DNA of 64,000 nucleotides from an uncultured Chloroflexia bacterium (GTDB lineage Bacteria > Chloroflexota > Limnocylindria > Limnocylindrales > CSP1-4). Made by a program: the position numbers and the translations under genes. Under the pieces are notes generated by a model that worked only from the letters and a program-made list of their open reading frames with translations, was not told the origin of the DNA and searched no databases. Position 1 is the first letter of the stretch, and each line of letters opens with the position of its first letter. Location: assembly GCA_963768655.1 (NCBI GenBank), contig CAVYIM010000005.1, forward strand, positions 160,001 through 224,000, read 5' to 3'. Positions 19,667-30,043 of the stretch are shown one piece after another.

Positions 19667-20890
19667 TCAGCCCAGCCCGAATCGCCGCTCCGCCAGCTCC
19701 GCGAGCTCGCGTCCGATCGCCAGGGAAGCGGTCGCCGCGGGCGAGGGCGCGTTTCGGACGTGGAGGACCCGTCCGCCGCCGCCGATCGAGAAGTCGTCGA
19801 CCAGTTCGCCGTTCAGCCGCACCGACTGCGCCCTCACCCCGGACGGGCCCGGCTCCAGGTCCTCGTCGCGGAGCTCGGGCACGTAGCGCCGCACCGCGGC
19901 CGCGAAGGCCGGCTTGTAGAAATCCCGCAGCATCTCGGCCGCGCCGGCTCGCCAGAACCGAAACGCCAGCCGCAGGAAGCCGCGATCGGCGAGCGTCTCG
20001 GCCAGCTCACGGGGCGCGATGTCGGTCCGGTCGTAGCCCTCGCGCGCGAAGGCGAGGACCGCGTTGGGCCCGGCCCACACGTCGCCATCGATCCGGCGGG
20101 TGAGGTGGATGCCGAGGAACGGGAAGCGCGGGTCGTTGACGGGGTAGATCAGCGCCCTGACGAGGCGGCGGGCCTCGGGGCGGAGCCGGTAGTAGTCGCC
20201 ACGGAACGGGACCACTCTCTCGTGACCGGCGTGGCCGGTCATGGCCGCGACACGGTCCGACCACAGGCCCGCGCAGGCGATCACGGCCCCGGCGCGCGCC
20301 TCGCCGTCGGCCCAGCGCACGACCAGCTCCTCGCCCGATCCCGCCGCGTACCGCTCGATCGAGTCGACGCGGCAGGCGAGCAGGATGTCGCCGCCGCGCG
20401 CCCGAACCTCGTCCGCGTACGCGCGACCCACGACCCCGAAGTCGACGATCGCCGTGGTCGGCGAGTACAACCCGGCCACGCCCGCCGCGTGCGGCTCGAT
20501 CTCCGAGATTCGCTCAGGCCCCACGTACTCGAGTCCGGCAACGCCGTTGGCGGCCGCCCTTCTCGCCAGCGCCTCCAGGCCGGGCACCTCGGCCCGGTCG
20601 ACGGCCACGACCAGCTTGCCGCAGCGCTCGATCGGAATGGCGTGCTCGGCGGCGAACAGCTCGAGCTGGGCTTTGCCCTCGCGGCACAGCCTGGCCTTGC
20701 GCGAGCCGGCGGCGTAGTAGAGGCCGGCGTGGACCACGCCGCTGTTGTGAGTGGATTGGTGGAGCAGGAGTTCCCGTTCTTTCTCGAGGAGCACCAGCCG
20801 AACCTTCGGCCGTCGCTCCAGCAGGCGGAGCGCTGTGGCCAGGCCGACTACTCCACCGCCGATGATGGCAACGTCGTACCGGTCGCTCAC
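19667..20890 (-). CDS. lhgO: L-2-hydroxyglutarate oxidase
   Basis: GGGVVG, HQSTHNSGVVHAGLYY, IYPVNDPRFPFLGIH, GVRAQ, NAPSPAATASLAIG. Confidence 0.93.
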   Translation of the reverse strand: MSDRYDVAIIGGGVVGLATALRLLERRPKVRLVLLEKERELLLHQSTHNSGVVHAGLYYAAGSRKARLCREGKAQLELFAAEHAIPIERCGKLVVAVDRAEVPGLEALARRAAANGVAGLEYVGPERISEIEPHAAGVAGLYSPTTAIVDFGVVGRAYADEVRARGGDILLACRVDSIERYAAGSGEELVVRWADGEARAGAVIACAGLWSDRVAAMTGHAGHERVVPFRGDYYRLRPEARRLVRALIYPVNDPRFPFLGIHLTRRIDGDVWAGPNAVLAFAREGYDRTDIAPRELAETLADRGFLRLAFRFWRAGAAEMLRDFYKPAFAAAVRRYVPELRDEDLEPGPSGVRAQSVRLNGELVDDFSIGGGGRVLHVRNAPSPAATASLAIGRELAELAERRFGLG

Positions 20891-20908
20891 CGATGAACCG
20901 GCGTAGGC

Positions 20909-21499
20909 CTAGGGGGCCGCCGAGGGCGGCGCGTCCGGAACGTTGCTGTAGGTGGCGGGCTGGACGAAACCGAAGGGTCCGCCCCAGTACCGCAGCCAGG
21001 CCCGGCCGATGACGGTCGACTCGGGGATCGGCCCGAACAGCCGTGAATCCTCCGATTCCTGGCGGTGATCCCCCAGGACGAAGAGATCGCCGGCCGGCAC
21101 CTGCCATACCGACTGGCTGGTCAGTGGCTCCGTCGCCTGCCCCTCGTAGACGTAGGGCTCGTCGAGCTTCGCACCGTTGACCCAGACGGCGCCGTCCTTG
21201 ACCTCGACCGTGTCGCCGCCCACGCCCACCACGCGCTTGATGAACGGGACGTTGTCGTCGCCCTGGTCGTAGCCGGCCGGCGGCTGGAGGACGATGACGT
21301 CGCCGCGTTTGTAGTCGCTGAAATGGGGCGAGATCTTGTCGACGAGCACGTACTGCCCGTTCTCGAGAGTGGACTCCATCGAGACCCCGATGATCTGGTA
21401 GGGCTGGGCGACGAAGGTCTGGACGACGAAGAAGATGACCAGCGTCAGAACGATCGTCTCGAGGATCTCGAGAAGGCAGCCGCGCCAGTTCGAGTTCAT
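20909..21499 (-). CDS. lepB: signal peptidase I
   Basis: SME (catalytic Ser), FIKRVVG (Lys), GDHR..SEDSR. Confidence 0.95.
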   Translation of the reverse strand: MNSNWRGCLLEILETIVLTLVIFFVVQTFVAQPYQIIGVSMESTLENGQYVLVDKISPHFSDYKRGDVIVLQPPAGYDQGDDNVPFIKRVVGVGGDTVEVKDGAVWVNGAKLDEPYVYEGQATEPLTSQSVWQVPAGDLFVLGDHRQESEDSRLFGPIPESTVIGRAWLRYWGGPFGFVQPATYSNVPDAPPSAAP

Positions 21500-21772
21500 C
21501 CGGGTTTGCCCTCTGCTACTTTGCGGGCAAGAACCCGCGACGAGTGATCGAGTGGCCTAGAAAGGTAGCACCTCCCAAGGTTTCGGCGGCGACAGCGCCG
21601 CCCTGGAAGCACTGCTGGAGCCGCGGCTGGTGCCGGGGCGTACGAGAGACGCCGGAACCGCTCCGGCAGGGCACGCGCAGGCCGGCGCCTCGACCTCCCG
21701 CGCGTCCCGGCCCCTGCTCTTCGCCGCGCAACGATCTCCCGCTCTTCGGGCCAGTCCGGTATCGTTCGCACG

Positions 21773-21995
21773 GTGAGCACCATCGTTGAGTTTCGGGGGC
21801 CATTCCGTCTGGTCGAGGAGGACTCGAACCGGCTGCGCAAGATCGGCCGGGGCACGTGGTATTGCCGGTGCGGCGGCCAGGCCGATTTCGACCCACGACA
21901 ACCCCAGGTGCGATGTCTGTCGAGGCGGAGGCGACTGCGGCCTCGACTGCGGCCTGTCCAGCCTCTACTGCCCCAAGTGCGGCTCGAAACTCTGA
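21773..21995 (+). CDS. small 8-Cys putative zinc-binding protein (apparent +1 frameshift at ~21887)
   Basis: Removing one T from CCGATTTCG joins ORFs 21773.. and ..21995 into a 73-aa protein ...WYCRCGGQADSTHDNPRCDVCRGGGDCGLDC..YCPKC. Confidence 0.65.
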
Positions 21996-22010
21996 GACGC
22001 CGGGCACGCG

Positions 22011-23456
22011 ATGGCAGCCACCGCCCGACCCAGGTCCCATCCGATCTACCTCGCCGGCCGTTGGGTCGAATTGCCCGACAGGCTGGTCGTACATGACCCG
22101 GCGCGCGCCGGCACGCCCGCGGGCGCGACATACACCGCTACGCCCGAGCAGTACGAGGAGGCGGTCACTGCGGCCGTGGCGGCCTTCGGGCGAACCCGCA
22201 ACATGCCCGCCTTCGAGCGAAGCGCGGCACTGCGGAAGATCAGCGCCGGCATCGCGGCCCGGCGCGATGAGATCGGCCGGCTCATCGCCCTGGAATCGGG
22301 CAAGCCCATTCGCGACGCGCTGACCGAGGTCGACCGGGGCATCCTGACCTTCCGCATCGGCGCCGAGGAGGCCGAGCGCATCGGCGGCGAACTCATCCCG
22401 CTGGACCTCAACGCGGCCTCGCGGGGCCGGACCGGCATCACCCGTCGCTTCCCGATCGGCCCGGTCGCGGCCATAAGCCCCTTCAACTTCCCGCTGAACC
22501 TGGCCGCCCATAAGCTCGCCCCCGCCATCGCCTCGGGCAACCCGATCGTGCTCAAGCCGCCATCGAAGGATCCCCTGACGATGCTGACGGTCGCGGAGAT
22601 CGTCGCCGAGGCCGGGCTCCCCGAAGGCGCGGTCAGCATCCTGCCGATGACTCGGGAGCTGGGCGACCGGATGGTCGGCGACGACCGCTTCAAGCTGCTG
22701 ACCTTCACCGGCAGCCCGGCTGTCGGGTGGAGGATGAAGGAACGCGCGGGCAAGAAACGGGTCGTGCTCGAGCTCGGCGGCAATGCCGGCGTGATCGTCG
22801 ATCGCTCGGCCGACCTCGACTGGGCGGTTCGGCGCATCCTCGTCGGGGCCTTCAGCTACGCCGGCCAGGTCTGCATCAGCGTCCAGCGGATGTTCGTCCA
22901 CGAGGCGATCTGGGACGACTTCATGGGCCGGTTCGTCGAGGGCGCCCGCCGCCTGCGCCTCGGCGATCCTCTCGACCCGCAGACCGACATCGGCCCGATG
23001 GTGGATTCGACGGCGACCGCCCGAGCGCAAGCCTGGGTGGACGAAGCCCGGTCGATGGGCGGTCGAGTCCTCGCGGGCGGGACGGCCGACGGCTCGTACT
23101 TCCCGCCGACGATCCTGACTGACGTCCCTGCCTCGGCGCAGGTCTGCCGGCTCGAGGCCTTCGCGCCGCTCGTGGTGGCCGCGCCGTTCTCCGATTTCGA
23201 GACCGCCGTCCGCGGCGTGAATGACAGCCTCTACGGCCTCCAGGCGGGCGTCTTCACGAACGACCTGGCTCACGCCTGGTCTGCCTTCCAAGAGCTCGAG
23301 GTGGGCGGCGTCATCGTCAACGACGTGCCCACCTACCGCATCGACCACATGCCCTACGGAGGCTCCAAGGATTCCGGCCAGGGCCGGGAGGGGATCCGGT
23401 ACGCCATCGAAGACATGACCGAGATCCGCATCTTGGTCCTGGCGCAGCCGGGCTAG
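22011..23456 (+). CDS. aldehyde dehydrogenase family protein
   Basis: PFNFP, FTGS, LELGGN, GQVC, EAFAP, YGGSKDSG. Confidence 0.95.
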   Translation: MAATARPRSHPIYLAGRWVELPDRLVVHDPARAGTPAGATYTATPEQYEEAVTAAVAAFGRTRNMPAFERSAALRKISAGIAARRDEIGRLIALESGKPIRDALTEVDRGILTFRIGAEEAERIGGELIPLDLNAASRGRTGITRRFPIGPVAAISPFNFPLNLAAHKLAPAIASGNPIVLKPPSKDPLTMLTVAEIVAEAGLPEGAVSILPMTRELGDRMVGDDRFKLLTFTGSPAVGWRMKERAGKKRVVLELGGNAGVIVDRSADLDWAVRRILVGAFSYAGQVCISVQRMFVHEAIWDDFMGRFVEGARRLRLGDPLDPQTDIGPMVDSTATARAQAWVDEARSMGGRVLAGGTADGSYFPPTILTDVPASAQVCRLEAFAPLVVAAPFSDFETAVRGVNDSLYGLQAGVFTNDLAHAWSAFQELEVGGVIVNDVPTYRIDHMPYGGSKDSGQGREGIRYAIEDMTEIRILVLAQPG

Positions 23457-23712
23457 CCGAACTGCGCCTCGAGTGGCGCCCGGTCGCGCGGGTTCGGGCT
23501 CGCTGCCGGTTCTGGTCAGATCGAAGCACAGATTCGACCGATCGAGCCGCGTTGCGCCCGGCCTGCTCACCCGGCGAGCAGGTGCGACATCTCCGAACGG
23601 TGGGCCCCGGCGAGCTGGTCGAATCTGGTCACGCACCGGCCCGCCTACCAGAGGCTCGCGCGTCGAACCTGTGTCCCGATCCGGCCGGATTCGACCCCAG
23701 CGGTTCCGACGG

Positions 23713-24888
23713 TCAAGGGCTGGCGGCGAGCTCGACGCCGTGCCCGATCTCGTCATGCTCCCGGGCCTGCGCAGTTGCGCGCTCCGCGTCCAGGAGCTGG
23801 CGCTTGCGGGCCAGGCCGTAGGCGTAGCCATGGAGCGAGCCGTCCGACGCCACGACACGATGGCACGGCACGACGACCGCCACGGGGTTCGCGGCGCAGG
23901 CGGCGCCGACGGCCCGCGCAGCCTTCGGGGCGCCGATGGCCGCCGCCACCTGTCCGTAGGAGCGGGTTTCGCCGGCGGGGATGCGCCGCAGCGCCTCCCA
24001 GACCCGCCGCCGGAATGCCGTCGCGTGGACATCCAGCGGCAGGCCGCTCACCTCGGGCCGGGGCCTGCCGGCCGCCAGATCAGAGACCAGAGCGGCCATC
24101 GCGGCCATGCCGGAGTCGTCGCGAGTGATGGCGGCGCGGGGGAACTCGGCCCGCAGCTCCGACTCCAGGGCAGCCGGCTCCCGGCCGAGGCGGACGGCGC
24201 ACAGGCCCCGATCCGTGGCCGCGACCAGCGCCACTCCGTCGGGGATCGGAGTGGCGGTCCAGCGGACCCGCTCCCCTGCCCCGCCGGTTCGATACCGCCC
24301 CGGCGCCATGCCCAGCTCGGCGCCCGCGGCCTCGTAGGCGGCGCTCGACGAGCCGTACCCGGCGTCGAACAGCGCGCCCAGCACGTCCCGTCCGCCGGCC
24401 AGATGGTTGCGCAGCCGCTCTGCCCGTCTGGCGGCGACCCAGCCACGCGGCGTCACTCCCAGCCGCTCGCGAAAGACCTCGCGGAGCCGGCGCTCCGACA
24501 GCCCGACCGCGGCGGCGAGCTCACGGTCGCCGGGGACGTCGTCACCCGATTCGAACGCCGCGGTCAGCCTGGCCACGGTCGCCTCGACAGCGTCCCGCTC
24601 GGTCGAGGTGGCGTCCGAGCGGCCGGCAGGCCCGCCGGCCCCGCGCTCCGGATGACATCGCAGACAGGGCCGCGCGCCTGCCGCCAGCGCTTCCTCGAGA
24701 TCTGCCACGATCCTGACCCGCTCGCGGGCCGGCGTCCGGGCGGCGCATCCGGGCAGGCAGGTAATCCCGGTGCTGGTCACGACGAGCAGCCACGCCGTCC
24801 CCGGCTCGCGCCGCCGTTCCGAGATTGCCGCCCACTGCGCGTCCGTGGGCGCGGAGCCTACCTGACCGAGTCTCTGTCTCTGGTTCAT
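23713..24888 (-). CDS. ada: bifunctional Ada regulator / O6-methylguanine-DNA methyltransferase
   Basis: TGITCLPGC...RPCLRCHP Zn domain, AraC HTH, PCHRV active site. Confidence 0.92.
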   Translation of the reverse strand: MNQRQRLGQVGSAPTDAQWAAISERRREPGTAWLLVVTSTGITCLPGCAARTPARERVRIVADLEEALAAGARPCLRCHPERGAGGPAGRSDATSTERDAVEATVARLTAAFESGDDVPGDRELAAAVGLSERRLREVFRERLGVTPRGWVAARRAERLRNHLAGGRDVLGALFDAGYGSSSAAYEAAGAELGMAPGRYRTGGAGERVRWTATPIPDGVALVAATDRGLCAVRLGREPAALESELRAEFPRAAITRDDSGMAAMAALVSDLAAGRPRPEVSGLPLDVHATAFRRRVWEALRRIPAGETRSYGQVAAAIGAPKAARAVGAACAANPVAVVVPCHRVVASDGSLHGYAYGLARKRQLLDAERATAQAREHDEIGHGVELAASP

Positions 24889-24978
24889 GCGTCGATGCTA
24901 GACCGGCTCCCAGATTGTGGCTTCCGGTCGACGGTTTCGACCGAGCGAGATACGCCGGCCGGGCGCTACAGTCGAACC

Positions 24979-25998
24979 ATGAAAGTCGGCATCGCCATCG
25001 GCGGAGACCTGCACGAGGTCGCGACCCTGGCCGGTCGAGCCGAAGCGGTCGGGCTCGAGTCGGTCTGGCTGGCCGAGCTCGACCATTCCGCCTTCGTCCA
25101 GGCTGCCGCCGCGATCTCGACCACGTCGCGGATCGGCGTCGGGACCGGCGTGGCCCTGGCGTTCCCGCGCTCCCCGACGATCACGGCGATGACCGCCTGG
25201 GACCTCGACGAGCTGTCCGGCAATCGCTTCATGCTCGGCCTGGGCCCGCAGGTCAAACGCGTCCTGGAAGCCCGCTTCTCGGTTCGCGTCGAGAAGCCGG
25301 CGCCGCAGATGCGCGAGTACGTCCAGGCGGTTCGAACGATCTGGGCGGCCAACCGCGGCGAGGCGGTCACGCACGCGGGAGAGACCTACACCATCACGAT
25401 GCCGACGTTCTACGGTCAGCCGAGACCAGGGCGGCGCGACACGCCGATCCTGCTGGCCGCCATCGGCCCGGTTCTGTCACGCGTCTGCGGCGAGGTCGCC
25501 GACGGGCTCCTCGGGCATCCCCTGGAATCGCCCCGATACCTGCGGGAAGCCGTGGCTCCGGCGATCGCCGCCGGGCTGGAGCGCTCGGGCCGGCCGCGTA
25601 GCGCCTGCCCGATCACGGCCATGGCGATGGTCTCGATCGGCGACGACGCGGACGCCGCCCGCCGGGCGGCCAGGCTCCAGATCGCCTTCTACGCGACCAC
25701 GCCATCGTACAAGCCGATCCTCGCGCTGCACGACCGCGCCGCTCTGCCCAGGGACCTGCGGCGGGCCTTCGTCAACCGCGACACCGCCCGAATGACGGAG
25801 CTCATCGACGACGAGCTGCTCGACGCGATCGCGATCGCCGGGCGCCCGGACGAGGCCCTCGATCGGCTCCGGGCGTGGGAAGGTGTCGCCGACCGAGTGG
25901 TGCTCGGCGTGCCCTGGTACGGGTTGACGCCCGAGCGCCAGCGTGAGGCCATCGAAGCTGCGCTGGATCTGGGCGCACGCTGCGGCGGCGCTCAGTAG
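24979..25998 (+). CDS. LLM-class flavin(F420?)-dependent oxidoreductase
   Basis: VWLAE, GTGVALAFPRSP, RFMLGLG, ADGLLGHP, IAFYATTPSY. Confidence 0.88.
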   Translation: MKVGIAIGGDLHEVATLAGRAEAVGLESVWLAELDHSAFVQAAAAISTTSRIGVGTGVALAFPRSPTITAMTAWDLDELSGNRFMLGLGPQVKRVLEARFSVRVEKPAPQMREYVQAVRTIWAANRGEAVTHAGETYTITMPTFYGQPRPGRRDTPILLAAIGPVLSRVCGEVADGLLGHPLESPRYLREAVAPAIAAGLERSGRPRSACPITAMAMVSIGDDADAARRAARLQIAFYATTPSYKPILALHDRAALPRDLRRAFVNRDTARMTELIDDELLDAIAIAGRPDEALDRLRAWEGVADRVVLGVPWYGLTPERQREAIEAALDLGARCGGAQ

Positions 25999-27041
25999 CG
26001 TCGCGCGCAAGCCCGGGTCTGCGGCGCTGAGTAGCGCCGCAGACAGCGGGGCGGACGTCCGCGCACTCCGGCCCGCACTCGAAAGATGCCGCCGGCGGCC
26101 GGCTCGGCGGCACGTTCGTCCAGCGTGGCATCTTCCCAGGCCGTCGTGATGAAGAGCTCTGCCAGGTCGTCGCCGCCGAAGGCACAGCTCGACACCCGCG
26201 CGACCGGGAGGTCGACCCCGCCGAGGAGCCCTCCATCGGGCGAGAACCGGAGAACGCACCCGCCCCGCCACACGGCGACCCATACGCAATCCTCGTCGTC
26301 GACGGCGAGCCCGTCCGGCACTGCCGATGCGGGCAGGGCCAGAGAGGCACCCAGGCGGACGAATGGACGGCCTCTTACGAGCGTCCCGGTCCTGGCGTCG
26401 AAGTCGAAGACCGCGATCTCCGGCCGCGCCGAATCCGCGAAGTACATCCTCCGGCCATCTGCCGACCAGTCGAGGCCGTTGGGGATCGTCAAGCCGCGCA
26501 GGATCTCGTCGAATCCCGACCCGCCGAAGCGAAGCAGCGAGCCCGTGCCGGCGGCGCGATCTAAGGCAACGCGGCCGATCCAGAACCGGCCCCACGAGTC
26601 GCACTTCCCGTCGTTGCAGCGGCGGGCAAAGGGCCCGGGCCCGAAGCTCGCCATGACTTCGAGTGCGCCGGTCTCGGGATCCAGGACCCGCAGGGAATCC
26701 GACGCGGCAACGACGAGCGCGCCATCCTCGCGGAGCGCGACGCAACCAACCGGCACACCGATCTCGAAGGCGCGATCCGAGCCGGCCGCCGGATCGAAGC
26801 GGTGCACGCGGCCGGCGTTGATGTCGACCCACCACAGGACGTGCCGCGCCATGTCCCACAGCGGCCCTTCGGCGAGCTCAGCGCGTGCGTCGAGAACGAG
26901 TTCGGCGGTCACGGGCAGGGTCGCCGGCCGATTCGTTGCCTCGGCCGCGAATTCGCGGGAAGGGGCGTCCTCCGACGGGTCCTCTCGCGGGGCTGGAGAC
27001 GCCCGTCCTATCGGCCATGCTTTTCCGTGGTGCTCACGCAT
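25992..27041 (-). CDS. SMP-30/gluconolactonase/LRE family protein
   Basis: LAEGPLW, CNDGKCD, IPNGLDWS, PDGLAVD, FGGDDL..LFITTA; start uncertain. Confidence 0.9.
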   Translation of the reverse strand: MREHHGKAWPIGRASPAPREDPSEDAPSREFAAEATNRPATLPVTAELVLDARAELAEGPLWDMARHVLWWVDINAGRVHRFDPAAGSDRAFEIGVPVGCVALREDGALVVAASDSLRVLDPETGALEVMASFGPGPFARRCNDGKCDSWGRFWIGRVALDRAAGTGSLLRFGGSGFDEILRGLTIPNGLDWSADGRRMYFADSARPEIAVFDFDARTGTLVRGRPFVRLGASLALPASAVPDGLAVDDEDCVWVAVWRGGCVLRFSPDGGLLGGVDLPVARVSSCAFGGDDLAELFITTAWEDATLDERAAEPAAGGIFRVRAGVRGRPPRCLRRYSAPQTRACARRY

Positions 27042-27047
27042 CCCCGG

Positions 27048-28133
27048 CTACTGGCCACCGGGCGGCTGGTTCGTGTCGCCTGCGGGACTATCGGCAGGCG
27101 CGGGAGGCGCGGGAGGCGCGGGTGGGGCGCCTGGCGCCGGTGGCGGCGGGTATCCGGGCCCGCCCTGTGGCGGATACCCGGACCAGGGCTGCGGCGGGTA
27201 TGCCGGGCTCTGCGGCGGGAATGGGTAGGCGGGTCCGCCCTGCGGCGGATAACCGGGCCCGGCCGGCGGAGGCGCGCCCTGCGGCGGGTATCCGGGCGCG
27301 CCTTGCGGCGGATAGCCCGGCCAGGCCTGCGGCGGGTATGGGAAGCCGGGCCCACCAGGGGGCGGCCAATATGGCGCGCCCTGCGGAGGGTATGGGTAGC
27401 CTGGCCAGCCCGCGACGGCTTGCGCCGGTCCAACGACGATGGAACCGGCGAGCCTGTCGTGAAGCCCGCGGCGGAGTGGATGCGTGCCCGCCGACACGAT
27501 CAGAACGATGAGCCAGATGAGGCTCCCCCACGACACGAGATCGGAGGCGAGAGCGAGGCTCCCGAACGAGGTGAGGCCGAGGGTCGACCCGTACGCGCCC
27601 GACCCCAGCCATTCGTTCGTCGGCGTCGTCGAGATCGCGTCGCACATCAGCACGAGAAAGACGGCGCCGACCCCGACGGAAAGGCCTTCGAGCAGGACCC
27701 AGCGAAACAGTGCTTGGCCAAGCGACAGTCTGTTGCCGCTGGCAACGTCCGCCACCCGCAGATGCAAACCCTGCTGGCACGGCGTACCGCCGAACTTCGC
27801 CCAGCATCCGGCGTAGTAGAGCGCGTTGAGTGCGACGTATACCGCGGCCGCCACGATGAGAAGGCCGGTGTTGACGTTGAGCAGTGGAGCCGTGACGGTG
27901 GCGAACGGCTGGTATGCCTCCTGATCGATCTGCTTGATCTGGTCAAGCGCCTGCGAATTGAGAGAAACGGCGCCGGTGACGATGGCTAGGATCACGGCGA
28001 TGCCCGATACCAGGCTGCCCAGGAACCCGTCCAGGATCCACGCGCCCACGCGCCGGCCCATTCCGGCCACCTGGATTCCTGGCGGCAGATGCACGTCAGG
28101 CGCCTGATTCGCCGGCACCACCCAACCGCTCAT
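27048..28133 (-). CDS. RDD family membrane protein with Pro/Gly/Tyr-rich C-terminus
   Basis: RRVGAWILD, GLHDRLAGSIVV, YPPQG repeats. Confidence 0.85.
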   Translation of the reverse strand: MSGWVVPANQAPDVHLPPGIQVAGMGRRVGAWILDGFLGSLVSGIAVILAIVTGAVSLNSQALDQIKQIDQEAYQPFATVTAPLLNVNTGLLIVAAAVYVALNALYYAGCWAKFGGTPCQQGLHLRVADVASGNRLSLGQALFRWVLLEGLSVGVGAVFLVLMCDAISTTPTNEWLGSGAYGSTLGLTSFGSLALASDLVSWGSLIWLIVLIVSAGTHPLRRGLHDRLAGSIVVGPAQAVAGWPGYPYPPQGAPYWPPPGGPGFPYPPQAWPGYPPQGAPGYPPQGAPPPAGPGYPPQGGPAYPFPPQSPAYPPQPWSGYPPQGGPGYPPPPAPGAPPAPPAPPAPADSPAGDTNQPPGGQ

Positions 28134-28438
28134 GCGTGCACCTCCAGCCACTCTCGCCTGCCGCAAGCCCTATCGGTCGAGCCCGAGCATACGCTGGCCG
28201 CCGGCCGCGTAGTTGGTCGCTTCGACATCCCGGCGCGATCACTCCCGAGTCAGGCCGCGAACCCTTTCGACCAGGCGGCGCTTCGCCTAACATCAGGCCG
28301 GTCCACGGTGTCGCGTCCCGGCGGATTGACACAATTGGCGTGAGGGAGCGCAGATCGGCCCGCAGCGCCACGCCTGCCCGCGGTGCCGCGTCCTACGGGC
28401 GTTGCGCGGCTCAAGTGGGGCCGCCGGGGAGGTGAGGG

Positions 28439-30043
28439 ATGTTCTCAAGCTTGCGATCGAAATCCTGGAGGGAGTCGGGCAGACCCGGCCGGCAGATGTC
28501 GGCAGGGCGACGAAGAAGGGCCCTTGAAGCGGCCGCGATACTCCTGATAACCGCCATCGTCGGGGCCTGCGCGGGCTCGAGCGTCTCGACGCCATCGAGC
28601 TCTCCGTCCCCTTCGCCGAGCCAGACCGTGAGCTCGCAGCCGAGCCAGTGGCCGACCCTGACGCCGTGGGGAGCCGAGACGCCCTGGCCGACCGCGACGC
28701 CAGCGCCGACGGACACGCCCTGGCCAACCCTCACGCCCGAACCGACGGACACGCCCCCGCCCACTGAACCGCCGGAGCCTACTCCGGTGCCGACTCCGCC
28801 GTTCAAGACCAAGTCGGGCAAGATCGAGACGGCCATGGGCAAGGCGGGACCGCTGGCTCCGGCCAAGGATGGCGGCAAGCTGGCCGCGAGCGAGATCAAC
28901 GATTTCGGCTTCGATCTCCTACGCCAGCTCGACCAGAGCGGCAACCTGTGCGTTTCTCCCACCAGCATCGCCCTTGCGTTGGCGATGGTGCGGCCCGGCG
29001 CGGAGGGTCAGACCGCGACCGAGATGGACAAGGTCCTGGGGTCGTTCGGCTCAGATGCCCAGGCGGGTGAGATCGTGGCCTTGCTGGCGGCGCTCAAGGC
29101 CGACAACTACACAGAGGAGGGCTACGACGACAACGGGAACCCGGTGTCGGCCCAGGAGGCCCGGCTGGACATCGCCAACGCCACGTTTGCCCAGCACGGC
29201 ATGACCCTCGAGCAGGCCTATCTCGACGCCCTGAGTTCCCGCTTTGCCTCGGGCATGTACCTCGTCGACTATCAGAAGGATCCTGAAGCGGCGCGCCAGG
29301 TCATCAACGACTGGGTCTACGACCACACTCAGGGCTTGATCCCGCAGCTCCTGAGCCCCGGTGATGTCGACACCAACACCCTGATCGCACTCGCCAACGC
29401 GATGTATCTCCAGGCCCATTGGGCGGACGAGTTCGATCCAGAGTCCACAAGCTCACTCCCGTTCACCCGCAGCGACGGCTCGAAGGTCTCGGTCCCAACT
29501 ATGTTGGGGTACGGCGACTGGGGCTATGCATCGGGCAAAGGCTGGCGGGCCGTCGACCTGCCCTATGCCGGGGGCACGATGTCGATGACGATCATTCTTC
29601 CCGACGACATGGCGTCATTCGTCGTGGGCCTCAACGCCGCAGAACTGGCTGCCATGTGGAAGTCGGAGAAGACCCACGCCGTCACGCTTACCATGCCGCG
29701 CTTCAAGGCGGACTCCCATATCGACCTCGCCAGCGATCTCGCGGCAATGGGCATGCCGGCGGCGTTCGACCCCAAGACTGCGGACTTCTCAGGGATCAAC
29801 GGCAACCTGCCGCAACCCATCTACATCACCAAAGTGATCCACCAGGCGACTATCGACGTGGACGAAACGGGCACGACGGCGGCAGCGGCGACGGTCGTTG
29901 AGGGCGGGATGGGCGGGGTGGAGCCTCCAATCCCGACAGTGACGTTCCACGTCAACCAGCCCTTCATCTTCCTCATCCACGACAACGCGACCGGCGCGGT
30001 TCTCTTCGCAGGCAGGATCGACGATCCGTCCGCGACCAGCTAG
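28439..30043 (+). CDS. serpin family lipoprotein
   Basis: Lipobox VGAC, T/P-rich linker, SPTSIALAL, NAMYLQAHW, VDETGTTAAAAT hinge, FHVNQPFIFLI. Confidence 0.92.
   Translation: MFSSLRSKSWRESGRPGRQMSAGRRRRALEAAAILLITAIVGACAGSSVSTPSSSPSPSPSQTVSSQPSQWPTLTPWGAETPWPTATPAPTDTPWPTLTPEPTDTPPPTEPPEPTPVPTPPFKTKSGKIETAMGKAGPLAPAKDGGKLAASEINDFGFDLLRQLDQSGNLCVSPTSIALALAMVRPGAEGQTATEMDKVLGSFGSDAQAGEIVALLAALKADNYTEEGYDDNGNPVSAQEARLDIANATFAQHGMTLEQAYLDALSSRFASGMYLVDYQKDPEAARQVINDWVYDHTQGLIPQLLSPGDVDTNTLIALANAMYLQAHWADEFDPESTSSLPFTRSDGSKVSVPTMLGYGDWGYASGKGWRAVDLPYAGGTMSMTIILPDDMASFVVGLNAAELAAMWKSEKTHAVTLTMPRFKADSHIDLASDLAAMGMPAAFDPKTADFSGINGNLPQPIYITKVIHQATIDVDETGTTAAAATVVEGGMGGVEPPIPTVTFHVNQPFIFLIHDNATGAVLFAGRIDDPSATS

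Noticed and set aside
21516-24032. Long antisense or alternate-frame ORFs (also 47836..50664, 52310..54847, 8513..10267)
   Set aside because: Shadows of real genes with R/G/A/P-biased translations and no motifs.
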